64,000 nucleotides of DNA from Anthoceros angustus (taxonomy: Eukaryota; Plantae; Anthocerotophyta): positions 62,001-126,000 of the forward strand of contig MU008188.1 of NCBI GenBank assembly GCA_010909165.1, in the 5' to 3' direction. A model generated the notes under the pieces. It made no database searches and was not told where the DNA came from. It worked only from the letters and a program-made list of their open reading frames with translations. Of the stretch, positions 36,401 to 49,541 are shown piece by piece. Position 1 is the stretch's first letter, and the number at the start of each line of letters is the position of its first letter. The translations under genes were made by a program, and so were the position numbers.

Positions 36401-39400
36401 ATTTGCGCTTCACGGAGGAATCGGGAGAGAGAGATTGCCGCCGCCCTCGCCCAACCGGGAGGAAGATGCCGGGCAATCGAAGAGGGGACCAGCCGCGACG
36501 CTGGAGGAGAGAGACCGGAGGTAGACGGAGGCCGGGCGAGGAGGTAGGAGCGAGCCATCGACAGTGGAAGGAGGTTGTGGAGGAAGTGTTGGTGTCGAGG
36601 AACGAAGAGGAGACATCCTCTCCCGAGCGCGACCCCCACTTTGCGACCGTCGCGGAGTTTCCACGCCGCTGGACCTTGCGAGGCGGCGATTCCACATCCA
36701 CCTCCAGCGAAACTGACAGCGACGACGAGGTCGTGAGCAGTGGAGAGTTTCAGGCCTGGTCGGAGGACTTGGCTGAACGCCTCGATCGCATCACTGCTCA
36801 GCTCGATCTTTTGGGACGGACCACAGGGGAGGTCGCTACTCCTCTGGCGGTTCAGGATTTCAGCACCCAAAGATCCCGAACGGTTCTCTGGTCCACCGAG
36901 GGAAGAAGAAGCATAGGGGTAGCGGGAACGATCGAAACGAGCAACATGAGTGGAGCCGCTGGAGGAGGAGGGCCACCCACACGCCAGACGACACCAAGTA
37001 GAAAAAGAAGGAGACGACGCGAGGCGCTCGGAGAACTTTGAGCACGCCTCCCACGCTTAATTTGGAGGATGGAGTCGATCGATCGCGATCTTCCGAGAGG
37101 GCACGCACAACAGTGGTATGGGCGCACCTACAATGCGGTGGCGCCAACGGATTGGGAAGCCCTCAAAGCAGCCTTCTTGAATCGGTTCCGAGGTCTCAGT
37201 TATGCACACCATACTTTGGCAAAGCTGAGGACCCTTCGAAGGAAGAAGCGAGAATCTCTGTTCGATTATGTGGAAAGGTTTTACGGGTATCTAGACCGAG
37301 TTCCGAAATGTGCACCCGAGAGGCCGGGGGATCCACCCACCTCTGGGTACTCACAAGAGCAAGCGCTAGATTGGTTCGTGAGTGGCTTGTCTCGGAAAAT
37401 GGAGGTACACTGCAGACGCGGGACGAAGACGCGGGAGCCTCCGATCGAGGAATGGGAATCCGAGTTAGGGAGGAGGAGGAAGAAGAGGCAAAGTCATAAG
37501 AAGAGGAAAGGGTCGAGGAGGTCGAGCCTCGCCTTCCTCTCGCCTCCTCCAGCGCCGCCTCATCCTCATCGAAGAGGAGCGGAACTCAAGAAAGTTCCAC
37601 ATGGATGAAGAATCGAGAAGGCCTAAACGAAATGAAGAAGGACCTGGAGAAGGTCAAAAGAAGGTGAAGAGGCGGAACGCTAGCTGGAGAAGGAGAGGAA
37701 AGGAAAGACGGTCCGTCGGATGGAGAAGGGAGAAACGTCCAGCAGGAGGTGGAATTGCGGGACAAGTGGAGGCTTTGACCAAGAGATTGACCGAATTAGA
37801 GGTCAAAGTTGTGAAAGAATCAAGCTCCACGGAGATCTCCTCACCGTCGAGACAGTTGGTGTATTGCTCAATTTGTCATCAAACGGGCACACCAATGTGG
37901 AATGTATTCACCACACGCGGTAAATCATGTGGATACCGCCATGCTGGGGATTATTGGTATGTGGATGAAGCTTACCAGGTGCAAGCGGTCACTGGAAGTC
38001 GGCCACCTCAATCAATGAGGGCGACTTACCAACCTGCTACACCGGTTCCCTCGAGGTATGGATCGCGACCGACATCGCCAGGACCATGGAGACCGGATTC
38101 ATCACAGAGGCCGATGACGATTCCACAAGGATGCTGCTATAATTGCGGAGCACCAGGTCACTACTCAAACGAATGCCCAGAACCACGAAAGCAAGTGGGT
38201 TATGTCCCCTTTTGTCAAGTCTGCAAGGAATTGGGACATAAGATGGGGGATCCCAGATGCTCGGGTGTGGCGCGAGTAACACCAGCACGACCGGGGGTCA
38301 GGTTTACGGAACCGGTGGTAGAGGAGGCACGACCCAACCCCGAGACCGCGATTACCGTGACCACGACGCCGGTGTTGAAGGTGGAAGCGGAGTACGATTT
38401 CCTCGACGAATCCAGCGTGACATCGGGAATCGTGGAGGAAGGGTACAGGAGAGATCAGCGCGGATGAAGGATTGATGGTGGCCAAGGTGACCACCAGATC
38501 GGAGCGACGGGAGAAAGGCCGGAGGACGGAAAAACGGCGTGAGCAGGAGGAAAGGAAAAGGAGGAAGGTGAGGGACGACTCACCTTGGCCTCCGGAAACG
38601 CGCGGCGTCCAGTCGCGTGAGAAGGAGAAGGAACGGGCCCACCCAACCGAAGCGGGCGTGCTACCCCAGATCGGCACACGGGTAGACATACCCCGTAGGG
38701 GCGAAGAAGGGCCAAGGGAAGGAGAGGAACGGACTGCGTTCCCTCCCGATATCAGCCGCGAAGTGGCGGCGATGCTGGAGGATGAGCTGAACAAGCTCAC
38801 CCAGCACGTGAAGAAGAAGGCGGAGCCAGAAATGTTGATCCGCCGGGTATAGGGTCCCACCCGACAGGAGGGACCATGGAATCAGGAACTTTACCAATAA
38901 GGTCGGAGTCGACCAGCGTCAGGGCTGCAAACGGGGAGGAAACCTTGTCAGATAAGATCTCCGCACGATTGCTTGACCGCGAATTTGTGGGCTTGAGAGG
39001 CCATGTGAGTCCGAGATCCCGCAAAATTGTGAAGGAAGCGATCAGGGGAATCCCTGAAGTAGTGGGGGTGAGGAAACGGCCGGTGGAGGTAAATGTGGTT
39101 GAACTTGTTGATTTGGGGGCACCCGAAATTGAGGTTGAAATTGCAGGATGCTTGGTGCCCAATGTGCCATTGGATTCGGGATCGGGAGTCAACTTGATGA
39201 CGGAGGAGACAGCTCATCAACTTGGGTTCACTAAGTTCCACCCCGCCCGAGTGTTTTTGCGGATGGCCGACCAAACAAGAAGGAAGCCACTGGGAGTGTT
39301 GAAGAATGTACCAACTGTGATTGGGGGGCTCACTTTCCATCTCACTTATATTGTGATGCGGCCAGTTTCGGATTTAGGCTACAAGGTTTTGATAGGCGGC

Positions 39401-40858
39401 CTGCTTGTATGGTAATCGCATGTTTTTGATTTCCCTTGGCTCAATGGCGAACATGGCGATGGAGACGGGCCGGCAAAGACGGCCACCGCTGAGCACCTAT
39501 GGCGAAGGGAGTCGGTGCTCCGGGCGCATGTGGAAGAGGCAATCCACCAAGTCGACTCGGACTTTGCCTACTACCATGCTGAGCTCCTCAAAGCTTTGGA
39601 GGTTCCGCGTCACCCACGACAACTGGACTGACCTCCGGAGGGATCAGAAGGAGGGGGAGGAGAAGAAGGGCCCGGGGACAGCACCGGGGCCTTGGTGGCG
39701 TTGTTCGAGGACGACGGCAGCGGTGGAGAGGAGCCCTAGGAGGAGCATAACGGCGTGGCGACGGGGCATGAGGTGGCCGGCGCAACCTCGGGGAGAATAG
39801 GGCATTCCGAAGAGCGGAGGAAGGAGACGACAATCAGGACCCGGGCCGGGAGGGGTGTCCGGTGAGTGGGAATGGACCCCCAGAAGTCCAAGAACCGGGG
39901 AGTCCGAGACTTGAGGTCCGGACCCGTGTCTTCTCAGACTCGAGGTCCGAAAACCGAGCAAGGAGACCGAACCCCGAGGTCCAGACTGTAAAAGGACCCC
40001 GAGGATCGGACCCCGGAGTCGAGACCGGACCCCGAGGTCCGGACTCAGGAGGAGAGGGGGAGTCACCACCGGCTTGCTCAGGCGGAGCAGTCACCTAGTA
40101 GTCCACAGCGTGAGGAACGGCCGTGGAGAGGAGGATGTGGTGGTTACCGCGGTTGTCATACCGCCGCCGGTAGCCCAACCTGACAGGGTCTCGGGAAGGG
40201 GAAGGGGCCCCGCCTCGCGAATCATCCGATTAGGTCTTGTAGCTGCCGAAATTGGTCATCGGGCGCCAAGGCGGAACCAAGGGCACTCCCAGGCCCACCG
40301 CCGACGATGGAGATAGGCAGAAGAGGGGAAGATAGTAGGCGTGGCTAGGGCACCGAGGGGCAACCACCGTAATAGGAGTGTAATAAAGACGCCGCCCTTG
40401 GGCGTAGTATAAGAGGGCCGGAGCTGCTCTAGTAAAGCATCTTTTTCTTGGGGTGGATACCGCGTTTCCTTGTAGACCCTTGTGCGTCTTTTGCTAATGT
40501 GAGTCCTGAGTCACTGAGCAGGCACGACAACCCCGGAGAGACTGATTAAGGTCCTGGTGATGGACCCTAATGTGTGGTGGTGTGAGCAGGGTGGACGATC
40601 AGAGACCCTTGCTCTTCCAGAGCAGCGGCCCGACGTTGGACGGACCGGAACGCATGAGCTGGGGAACTCTGGGAGGGCGTGTAGAGCCCGGACGGAGAGG
40701 TCTGGCGGAATGACGGAGGAGGTCCGGACCACGCAGCCAACCCACTCTTTTTTCAAGAGCGATGAGTGTATTGAGAGTGGTGAGGAGAACGGACTAGACG
40801 AGGAATGTGATCGATAGGGTAGACGGAGCGAATCTAGTCCTTAGCGTTGGCCACCGGC
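36401..40858 (+). mobile_element. Gypsy element E (A/B-related): gag, zinc knuckles and protease joined directly to the 3' part of an LTR; RT/RH/INT deleted
   Basis: gag DWEALKAAFLNRF...RESLFDYVERF (37069-37608). CYNCGAPGHYSNECP and CQVCKELGH (37601-38467). Protease VPLDSGSGVNLM (38876-39415). DSDFAYYHAELLKALEV at 39526-39603. LTR TATA block at 40370-40580. Confidence 0.8.
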
Positions 40859-43743
40859 TGTGGGAAGGAAAACTCCGGGGCTCGAGGCTTCCCTCCAGCG
40901 GCCACACTTATCCCACCGCCGCTTCAGACGCTGGGTTTCGTCCCATGAGACTTGTGTGAAAGTTCGAGGTCTTGTGATGCCGATCGCTACCTGCAGGTGA
41001 CACACTTCAGCCTTCTAAACAAGCAAGGCGCCTCTACTCTCATGCAAATGCACCACTTGCATTGCTCAAAAATCACCAATCCTCGACCTACAACGACACA
41101 ACACAATTGGTGTCCCGCCTTAGGGAGCCTATCACGGGCGCCCAGGACCCCCGATCCACACCGTCCCTACTTCTAAGACCACTCTTCTCCACTCGGAGCT
41201 CTTTTACTTGCATTTGGGATTCATCCCTTAGGCTCGTGGCCTTCCACTAACACCTACACTCTAATCCTCTACTCATCTCCTCATCCTTCCTCCTATTCTA
41301 ACCTCGCCTGGGCTTATCGGCTTCACGGCACAACCGCCTGGGGCCTCCAGCAAGTTCTTCCTTGGGCGGTTGCTATGAGTTTGACACGACAACGAGAACC
41401 TCCAGGAGTCTTTCCTGTAGTCTACCCTCAAGCCGAGAGTTCCCTGGGCATTGCCACACACCCAAAGCAAAGCAATTTCACAGCAACCATTCACAAGGGG
41501 AGCAACTCGTTTAGGCGCTTGCAGTGAGCAAGCCCTCCACCAAGCACTCCGACCACCGCGACTTCCTCTACTACGCATGTTGGCTCACACCGCACGAAAT
41601 TCCTTTAATGGCAAAGGACTCGGAGTGGAAGCGCAAGACATGATACTTTACTTTGTGAAATCCTCCTCCTCTTATAGGAGGCCTTCCACATACAACCTCC
41701 CTTGGGTGACCCCTCTGCAGTCACCTTTTCCAATATTCTATTATTTCCTACCGCCAAGATTTAAGGCTGGCATCTAAGTCTCTCGATCCTAGGTAAATTC
41801 TATTCTAGCAACTTCACCTATGGCCACTCTTTAATGTTGCCAACCTACACCACCTATCCTTCCCATTCCCCAAAGCTCATTTATGGTCATTGACAATTCT
41901 CGGTCCTTATCTTGGGTGGCGACGGGTTCCCTGTTGGTCTTCTCATCCCCTTTTGCGCTGGTCTTCCCCTGACCCCTCCCGACTTTTGGGGCACACCTTC
42001 CCGCCTCCGACTTTTGGGGCAAGTACCTTCGCCCTTCCTTGGGGCAAGTACCTTCCCTTCTTCCGCGGGCGCGCCGATTCCTCTTGCCATCCGTGCAATC
42101 GCGCCCTTCCGCACTCGAATGGCCCATCTTCTACCACGACCGCGCTCCTTCAAAGGGCACCCTACCGCGGTAGTCTGGCAGACTACTGGGGTAGGCTGAC
42201 TACCTATCATGGTAGTCGGTCCCTATCTCCTTCCCTCTTCCTCATCGGTGATGGTCCACAGGGTTGAGATCCTCTTTGCTTCTTTCCTCCTGTTGTTTGA
42301 TTTGTCCATACCTATCATGGAGCATGTCTTCAAAGGTTCCTCCCCATTTGTTGACCGATGTTGTCACCTCGCTAATTCCTCCGGGCCTTCTTTGCGTTGG
42401 TCTCCTCTCCGGCCTGGCTCCTCCCTTATCCGTGGGGTGAGGGAATTTCTTACCCTCCTTCCTCACGGCCATACCCCGCCCTTGTCTTCCACCGGTGGCA
42501 TTGCTCCCACCGCCTTATCATCCTATCGGGGGTGTATTGCCGACCCCGGCCTTCATCCTCAATCAGCCTCGTGGCCTGGCTCCCCTCGGTCCCACGCCTG
42601 AGTACCGCCTACCCCGTAGTCCGGCACACCGGGCGAGGGTGGTGCCTACCACGGTAGTCTGGACTACCGTGGTAGGGTGTCACCGAGGGGGTGACCCCTC
42701 CCCTGCGCCATCTCTCCTTCCTTGGCGCGGAGGACTCATCCTCCTCTCCTTCACTTGTGGAACAAGTGACCTCCTTGCTCCCACACTTATGTTGGTAGGT
42801 TGAGCTCCTCTTTGTGATTTTTCATTCTCCTAGGGAGACAACCTCCTCCTTAACATCTCCTACGGGGGCCAAAGTACTTGCCTCCCTACCATCGCACCCC
42901 TCAATAGCCCTTGCATCCATTGCCTCCTTCGAGACGGACCTCCCCTCTGGTGCCTCCCTGACTGCCTCCCACGGCGGTAGGCTGCCTCCCTGTAGGCTGC
43001 CTCCACCTCCTCCTTATGCTATGGGCTCCTCTCGCCATTTCTTCTCCAAACTCCTGAGTCCATATCGCTTGTGACCTCATCAAAGTCTAAGGGCCCTGGC
43101 TTAATCTGCATGAGGGCCTCCCTATCATCATCGTGTGGCCCAAGCATCCTCCTCTTCACAATTATTGTAGGCCTCCACACACACCGTGCCATCGCCCAAT
43201 ATTTTTGGCAATGGGTTTACACTCCAAACTACCACCATGCGCTTCATGAGTTGGGGTTTCTTGGCCTTCAGAAACCCTTCACGGCATCCACACCTGGCTT
43301 CCTCCGAACCAGCCTCATCCTTGCAGCTTGGCTCTTAGTAATCCCATAAGGAGAACAAACACCAAGCTAAGCACCAGGAACACTAAGGACGTCCCTCTCT
43401 TAGAAGAAATTCACTCTCAAAACCCAGCCAAGGCACACCAAGACCCAAGAAATTGGTGCCACAAGAAAAGAGAACACCAAGAGGAGATGGCGGCATCACT
43501 CTTAAGAAGGCACACACACAGGCAGAGGGCGCACACACAAGCTCTAGCTCACTCCTCTCGCACTTTTAGACCCGGTCTTCTCATGCGACAATTATAGCAG
43601 CTCCTAAATTGCAGCCATAGATTTGAGTGGTTGCTGCAAGCATGTGGCCATATCTCATCCATTATTTCGCACAGCCAGCCATAACCTCTAATTTCTATAG
43701 TGGCCATCAATCCCCACCATGAATCTAAGGATCCTTTCCATCC
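40859..43743 (-). repeat. Older long-LTR relative (element X), 3' part of the LTR in minus orientation
   Basis: Reverse complement of 40859-41830 matches the LTR end at 46600-47761 (...GTCTCATGGGACGAAAC...TTCCCACA). It is split from its 5' part (56433-58042) by the 43749-56427 insertion. Confidence 0.65.
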
Positions 43744-43748
43744 ATCTT

Positions 43749-46700
43749 TGTGGAACGCAAAAGTTTGGGCAACTGGTTTAAGTGAGTTGTTTTTGAACAG
43801 GTCCGAATGCTTTTGATAGAAATGGTTTGGTGGAAACATGCGAGAAATGTTTTTGTTCCGATTGAAGCCGGAGTGAGGATGCCGGAAGGCAGAGAGGATA
43901 CTTAGGGAAAAGAAACGGATCAAATGACCTTCTAGTGAGGAGGGTAGGAGACATATGTGAACCAGGAGATGTCCTACCGTGGTAGGAGGTATCCTACCAC
44001 CGTAGGAGAAACTCCTACCACGGTAGGCTAAGTGGAGAGAACTCACCCCATAGGTATGGGTAGGAGAATGTCCCACCACCGTAGGTAAGCGCCCAGCTAG
44101 CTGCTTTTGATGACCTCAGGAGTAGCTCCTACCACGGTAGGAAAGGGTGAAGGCAATTAAGCCAAGGAAGTAGCTTGAGGTTGCTGCACAAGCTGTTGAT
44201 AGGCTTGCAGAGGCAAAGGCCTGATTATTGGGGCCACCACCAAGTTTGAGGGAAGGCAAAGTAATTTGCCACATGTGTGGAAGAAGTGAGACATGGGCGG
44301 TGCTCATATTGCTGAGATTTTGCGAAGGAGGACTGCTAGGTAGAGATGTGTGGCAAGGGTTGCTGCAGGAAGATGGGCCAAGTGCCCGTAATGGTGGAAT
44401 TGTGGGATCCGCAGGGCTCTAGGTTGGGAGCTCAAGATGCAGAGAGGAGCAGAATCGGTGCAAGGATGGGAGCGAGGAGCTCATGTTGAGGTGAGCAGCC
44501 ACAAGGGTTGCAAGAGGAGGCCATGGCGGTGCCGAGGCACATGGAAGTGCTCAATGGAGTCACGATGGGAGGATGGCATGATAGGGCCGTGTTGAACTAG
44601 GAAAGGCCATGGTAGAGCACTCACGGGCTGAATTTGTAGATGGGCTGCAAGATGGAGGTGTGGCCAAACCATAGGAAGGCAAGGTGTGGCCGCAACATGG
44701 TGAAGGGATCACAACGGGTGTGCATCATGACGGCGGAATTTGCGGGGCTGCAAGTCAAAGTGAAGGGAGGCCGTTGTGGTGGCCGCGAGGAGAAATGGAT
44801 AGCAAGGAGGGTTGATACGAGATGTTGTTGAGGCGTGAGGAGTTCACCGGGAATAAGTTCATTTTATTCTTGAGTGTTATGCACAAGCCAATTGGGTGTG
44901 TTGGACAATGGAATGTAAGAACCCGAGTTAAGCGTCCTAGGGGTGGATCAAGAGGGATGGGGCACCTTTTGTGTGAGGTGTTTCAACTTATTATATTTGC
45001 AGAAGTCACATGAGAGCCCTACGAGGGAGAAGGTGGTGGTGGACGTAGGGCATGGCACCCTACAGGGAGGAGGTGCACCCATGGGAGGTGTGTAGGGCGA
45101 CAGGGCCCCACGAGAATGGAGAAGGTGTAGGGGTGGTAGTGGAAGGGCACTCACCGTAGGGGGAGGTGCACCACGGAGGTGTGTAGGCAGGGGGTCCCAC
45201 GTTAAGGTAGCACGTAGGGTAACAAGGGGACCCTACATAGGGGTGGTCCCTACATGTGTATGTGGGTAGGATGCGTAGGGATGGGTAGGGCGGGGTCCCT
45301 ACATGTATGTATGTGGGTAGGACGGTGCAGGATGCGGTGCGTGTCCACGTGACATGTACCCTAGGTGTAGGGAGGTGTGTAGGCACCGAGGTAGGGAACA
45401 AGGTAGGGAACAAGTAGGGGTGAGATGGGTAGGATGTAGGGTAGGGGCTCCTACGCATTAGTTAGGTAGGTAGATAGGTAGGATGAGAGTGTCTCCTCAC
45501 CGTAGGAGTGGTGAGGTCTCCCACAAGGCGTGAGGTGGTGCACACCTACTTGGATACAAGGTACAAACCTAGGAAGTTGCTAAAGAGGGTGCACAGGCAA
45601 GGCAAGGTTGTGGATAAATAGGATATATTAGGAATAATAGCACATAAATATGTGGGTAGGTAGTGTAGGGTGTGGCCATGCAAGCGGGTGTGTAGGAGTG
45701 GCACCTAGGAAGCTGCGAGGAATTGCAGGAAGAGCTTGTGCATGCACGGAAGAGCTTGTGCATGCAGGAAAGCTAGAGCAAGGACTTGGTGGAACGCAGC
45801 CCGTGTGTGTGCAAGGAGAAGGAGGTGTGCGTGCATAAGGAGTTGTGTGTGAAGGGATTTGAAGCACGTGAAGAGGGCAAGGGCGCTGAATTTGTGCCTA
45901 GGACCTTGCAAGTGAGGGATTTGGGCACATAAGGAGGTGTATGTTGTGAGGACATCAAGTTTGAGCTAGGTGGGACCGTGGAGTGAAGAGGAAGTAAGTG
46001 GAAAAGGGTGAAGTTGCTCTCTTGGTGGATCTTGTGGCGAGTGAAGAAATCTCAATTGTGTGTAGACACTGAGGTGACAACTAGGCGGAAACGAGCACGT
46101 GGGCGTGCCCAAGCTTGTCTTGTTTGTGCAGTTATTTTGAAGGTGCAAGATGGTGAAAGCGCCTGCACCTAAGAAGGGCAAGTTGGTTGCTAGGGAGCCG
46201 GGGAAGAGCCCAACACATCCGGCTGTGTATATGGAAGGCCGAGAGGATGACTCGGAGGAGGAAGAGGAAGGCATGGAGCAAGATCCGCCACGGGAGACCT
46301 TCTTGCGTGGAGAGTGTGGAGGCGAGGGGCCATAAGAAGTTGACCCCACGTCCGTAGGGAGGTGTAGAGGGTGGCCCTACATCCGTAGGATCACCAGCGT
46401 GCGACGCGAGACGCATCTAGAGGTAATTGAAGAGGTTGGTGGTAGCTTGGAGCGTGGGCTCATTGCTTGGGGAGACTTTCTTTAGAGGAGGACAGATTAA
46501 TGCTTGTCAACCCGAGGGTGTGTTGACTAGCTAGATAGGAATGTTGACAGAGCCATTAAGGCTCACATAGGTGAAGTTGCTAGAATAGAATTTTACCCAA
46601 GATGCTTGGATGTCGAACTTAAAGTCGACTAGGGATACACTAAAATAAGGAGTGAGGCAGGCCAAGAGGGCGCGCTGTGGGAGGCTGTATGTGAGGACCT

Positions 46701-47761
46701 CCCTATAAAAGGAGGGAGCTTGTGAAGTAAAATTATCGTGTCTTGCGCTCCCTACCGCGAGTCCTTTGCTCCTTGTGAAGGAAGTTCGCGTACCGCAAGC
46801 TAACGAAGGCCCCGGGTAGAGAGGGAGTTTGTCGGAGTGCTTGGCGGAGAGCTCGCCTCCTGCGGCGCCCGCAGTTGCTCCTTGTGAATGGTTGTGAAAT
46901 TGCTTTGCTTTGGGTGTGTGGCGATGCCCAAGGAACTCGGCTTGAGGGTAGACTACAGGAAAGACTCGGAGGTTCTCGCTGTCGGTGCAAACTCATAGCA
47001 ACCGCCCAAGGAAGAACTTGTTGGCTTGTAGGCGCACCCTGCCAGCCGTAAGGGCGAGCTAGGGCCAGTGAGCTTGAAGTAAGGTTAGATTAGGAGGATG
47101 AGGAGTTGAGTTGAGGTGAGTGTTGAGGAGAATGTGGAGCTGAATGTTGAGTAGAGGAGTAGGTAGAGATTAGGAGTAAGAAGAAGGCCCAAGTCAGAGC
47201 CTAAGGGAGGGGTCCCAAATCTGCACCAAACCGAGACTGGAAGCTGGGCTAAGGTCTCAAAATCACGGGGTGGAGAAGTCACTGAGGGGGTCCCTACGCG
47301 AGACGGTGGACCTACAGGGACCTCACGACCAGGATGTCGTAGGTCCAGGGAGTGATTCGACGAGCAAAGGCGGGAGTGGCGGGCCGCCGAGTTGGTGGTT
47401 GAGGGTGTGCCAATTGTGGGAAGGCGATGGGAAAGGAATAGTAAGATCACGGGTGGTGCGCGCTGCAACGTAGGGGGTCCCTACGCGTAGTCACCGACCC
47501 ACCGGTGTGGACCTATAGTCGAGGGTGTCGTTGTAGGTCTAGAAGCGGTGATTGACGAGCGCATGGTGAGGCGTGGCTGCTGTGTGGAGTGAGTTGAAGT
47601 TGCTCCACTGTGTGAGGGAGCTTGGGGTGTGAAGAGGCGTGGTTTGTGCCTTGGATGTTGGTGACCGACAAACAAGAGTCTCATGGGACGAAACCTATTG
47701 TACTTAGCGGGATAAGTGTGGCCACTAGAGGGTGAATCTAAGCCCCGGTTTTCCTCCCACA
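43749..47761 (+). repeat. 5' LTR (4013 bp)
   Basis: Colinear with 52458-56427. TATAAAA at 46704-46710. Confidence 0.9.
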
Positions 47762-49541
47762 TTTTTGGCGCTGTCGGGACTCTTTGCTTTGGCAAGTCGG
47801 TAGTGGAAGAGGCATGAACATTGTTGAGAATCTCTAATCGGGGATGAGAAGAAGAAGTTTTATTGCAGCATAGAGAGGAGATCGCCCGCTGATTTTTGCA
47901 AGTGGTGTGAGAGTTGCATGACGGTAGAGGAAGAAGCGGAGGAGAGAACTCTGAGGAGGAAGCTACATGTGCTAACATTTTCAAGGGTTCCGTTGAGGAA
48001 GAAGAGGTAGTTGTCTAAGAGGAGGAGAAGGTTGTGCTCACGACAACAAGAGGAAGGAAGTTGTTGCCGAGGAGTTGCCGATCAAGGGTGAGGGTCAAGA
48101 ACGAGCCAGTTAGTAATTTCCGAGGTACATCTTCCGTTCCTGCAAGAGGAGGACTTTTTCGGCGTGGATTGTCGAGCTCTTCTAGCTCGATTTTGTCGTC
48201 GTTAGAGGAGGAAGGCAAGAGGGTGAGATTTGGCAGTGGAGAAGTTGGGGTATGAAATCTAACGGCTAATATTTCGCAAGGTCTTGATCGAATTATTGCC
48301 CAACTTGCTGCCCTTTCAACCTTGCTTGTTAGGAGGACTGAGGCGCTTGTGTGCCCAAGTCTGTGTATAGTACATCCCGCTTGCAGATTTGTTTACGCCA
48401 GATTGCGGTGGAATTGCTGGGAGGTGTGCCCACGTTTTGTGGACGCCCTTGACCATGATAGGAGGAAGTGAGGTGGTGGGAGTCACCACCCAACAGCCAG
48501 CAGATGTGAGATTTGGGGAGAAGAAACGAGATCACATGTTGGTCCTTGAGAACTCTAAGGAAGAGGGGAGTCTTTGTATGATTATGTAGAGGGATTTATG
48601 GTTACTTCAAGAGAGTACCACCACGTCCGCAAGGAGTGACCTTTTCCGATAAAAGTTCGAGAAGTGAGGGAATGTATGATGCTATAGAAGACGAGAGCTA
48701 GAGTCCGTAAGGTAGCAAGGATTTCTAAGTACCTAGGTGTAGAGGAGATGGTAGAGTTGAAGAAGTTGCGGGGGAGCAACATGTGAATGAAAGTTTTATT
48801 TTTCGACTGAAAACTGGAGAACGACTTGAGGCCACATATGACCGATTTCTTGACGAGGAGTTGGTTGCCACAGCCTAGGTCGAAGGGGGAGGACGTGAGC
48901 ATGTTGTAGACAGCCTAAGAATTGATCAGCAAGACTTGTTGCCAGCAGAGAGGCCAAATGAGCAAGAAGGAGCGCAGCAGAAAAGCCGCAGCAGACAACT
49001 GGAACCGAGAGAGGATAAGGGGCGCCAGCATGGGCGCAAAGGAGGAGGCTGAAATGATCCTCAAGGGTGAGCAGTCGAGGGCTGCAAGTGGAGGCCATCA
49101 CGATGGCAAAGAAACAAAGAAAACCACACGGAGCACCGCTTTTCGAACAGGAAGGCGCCCACTTGGCGAGGTCAAGGGGCGCCATGAGGCCGCAAGGAGG
49201 AGAAGGCCCTAGGGAGGTGGACACACCAGAGGGCGAAGGAGGAGATGCGCTTCATGAAAAGTTTGAGCGTAAACCGCAAGGGAGAGTTGGCGATCCGTGG
49301 GCAATCACCAAAATTCACCATGGAGGTGCAGCAAGGCGAGGAGGTCGCCATGGGAGCGCAATCTGACCTGGACATGAGGCTAGGCCAACAAGAAGGGAGG
49401 AAATCGGAACTTGGTTGGAAGGGAGTCACAACCGCAAGCCGAAAACTTGCAAAGATTGGCAAAGGTGGAGGAAACGGTTTTGTGAATGAGGTTGAGCATG
49501 CCGTGGCAACAACGCAGGTTTGCTGGTAAGCGAGCTAGCAA

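Noticed and set aside
44900-46000. Numerous short Pro/Thr/His-rich minus-strand ORFs in the LARD LTRs
   Set aside because: A by-product of strong G/A strand bias. No conserved domain or codon-position signal seen.
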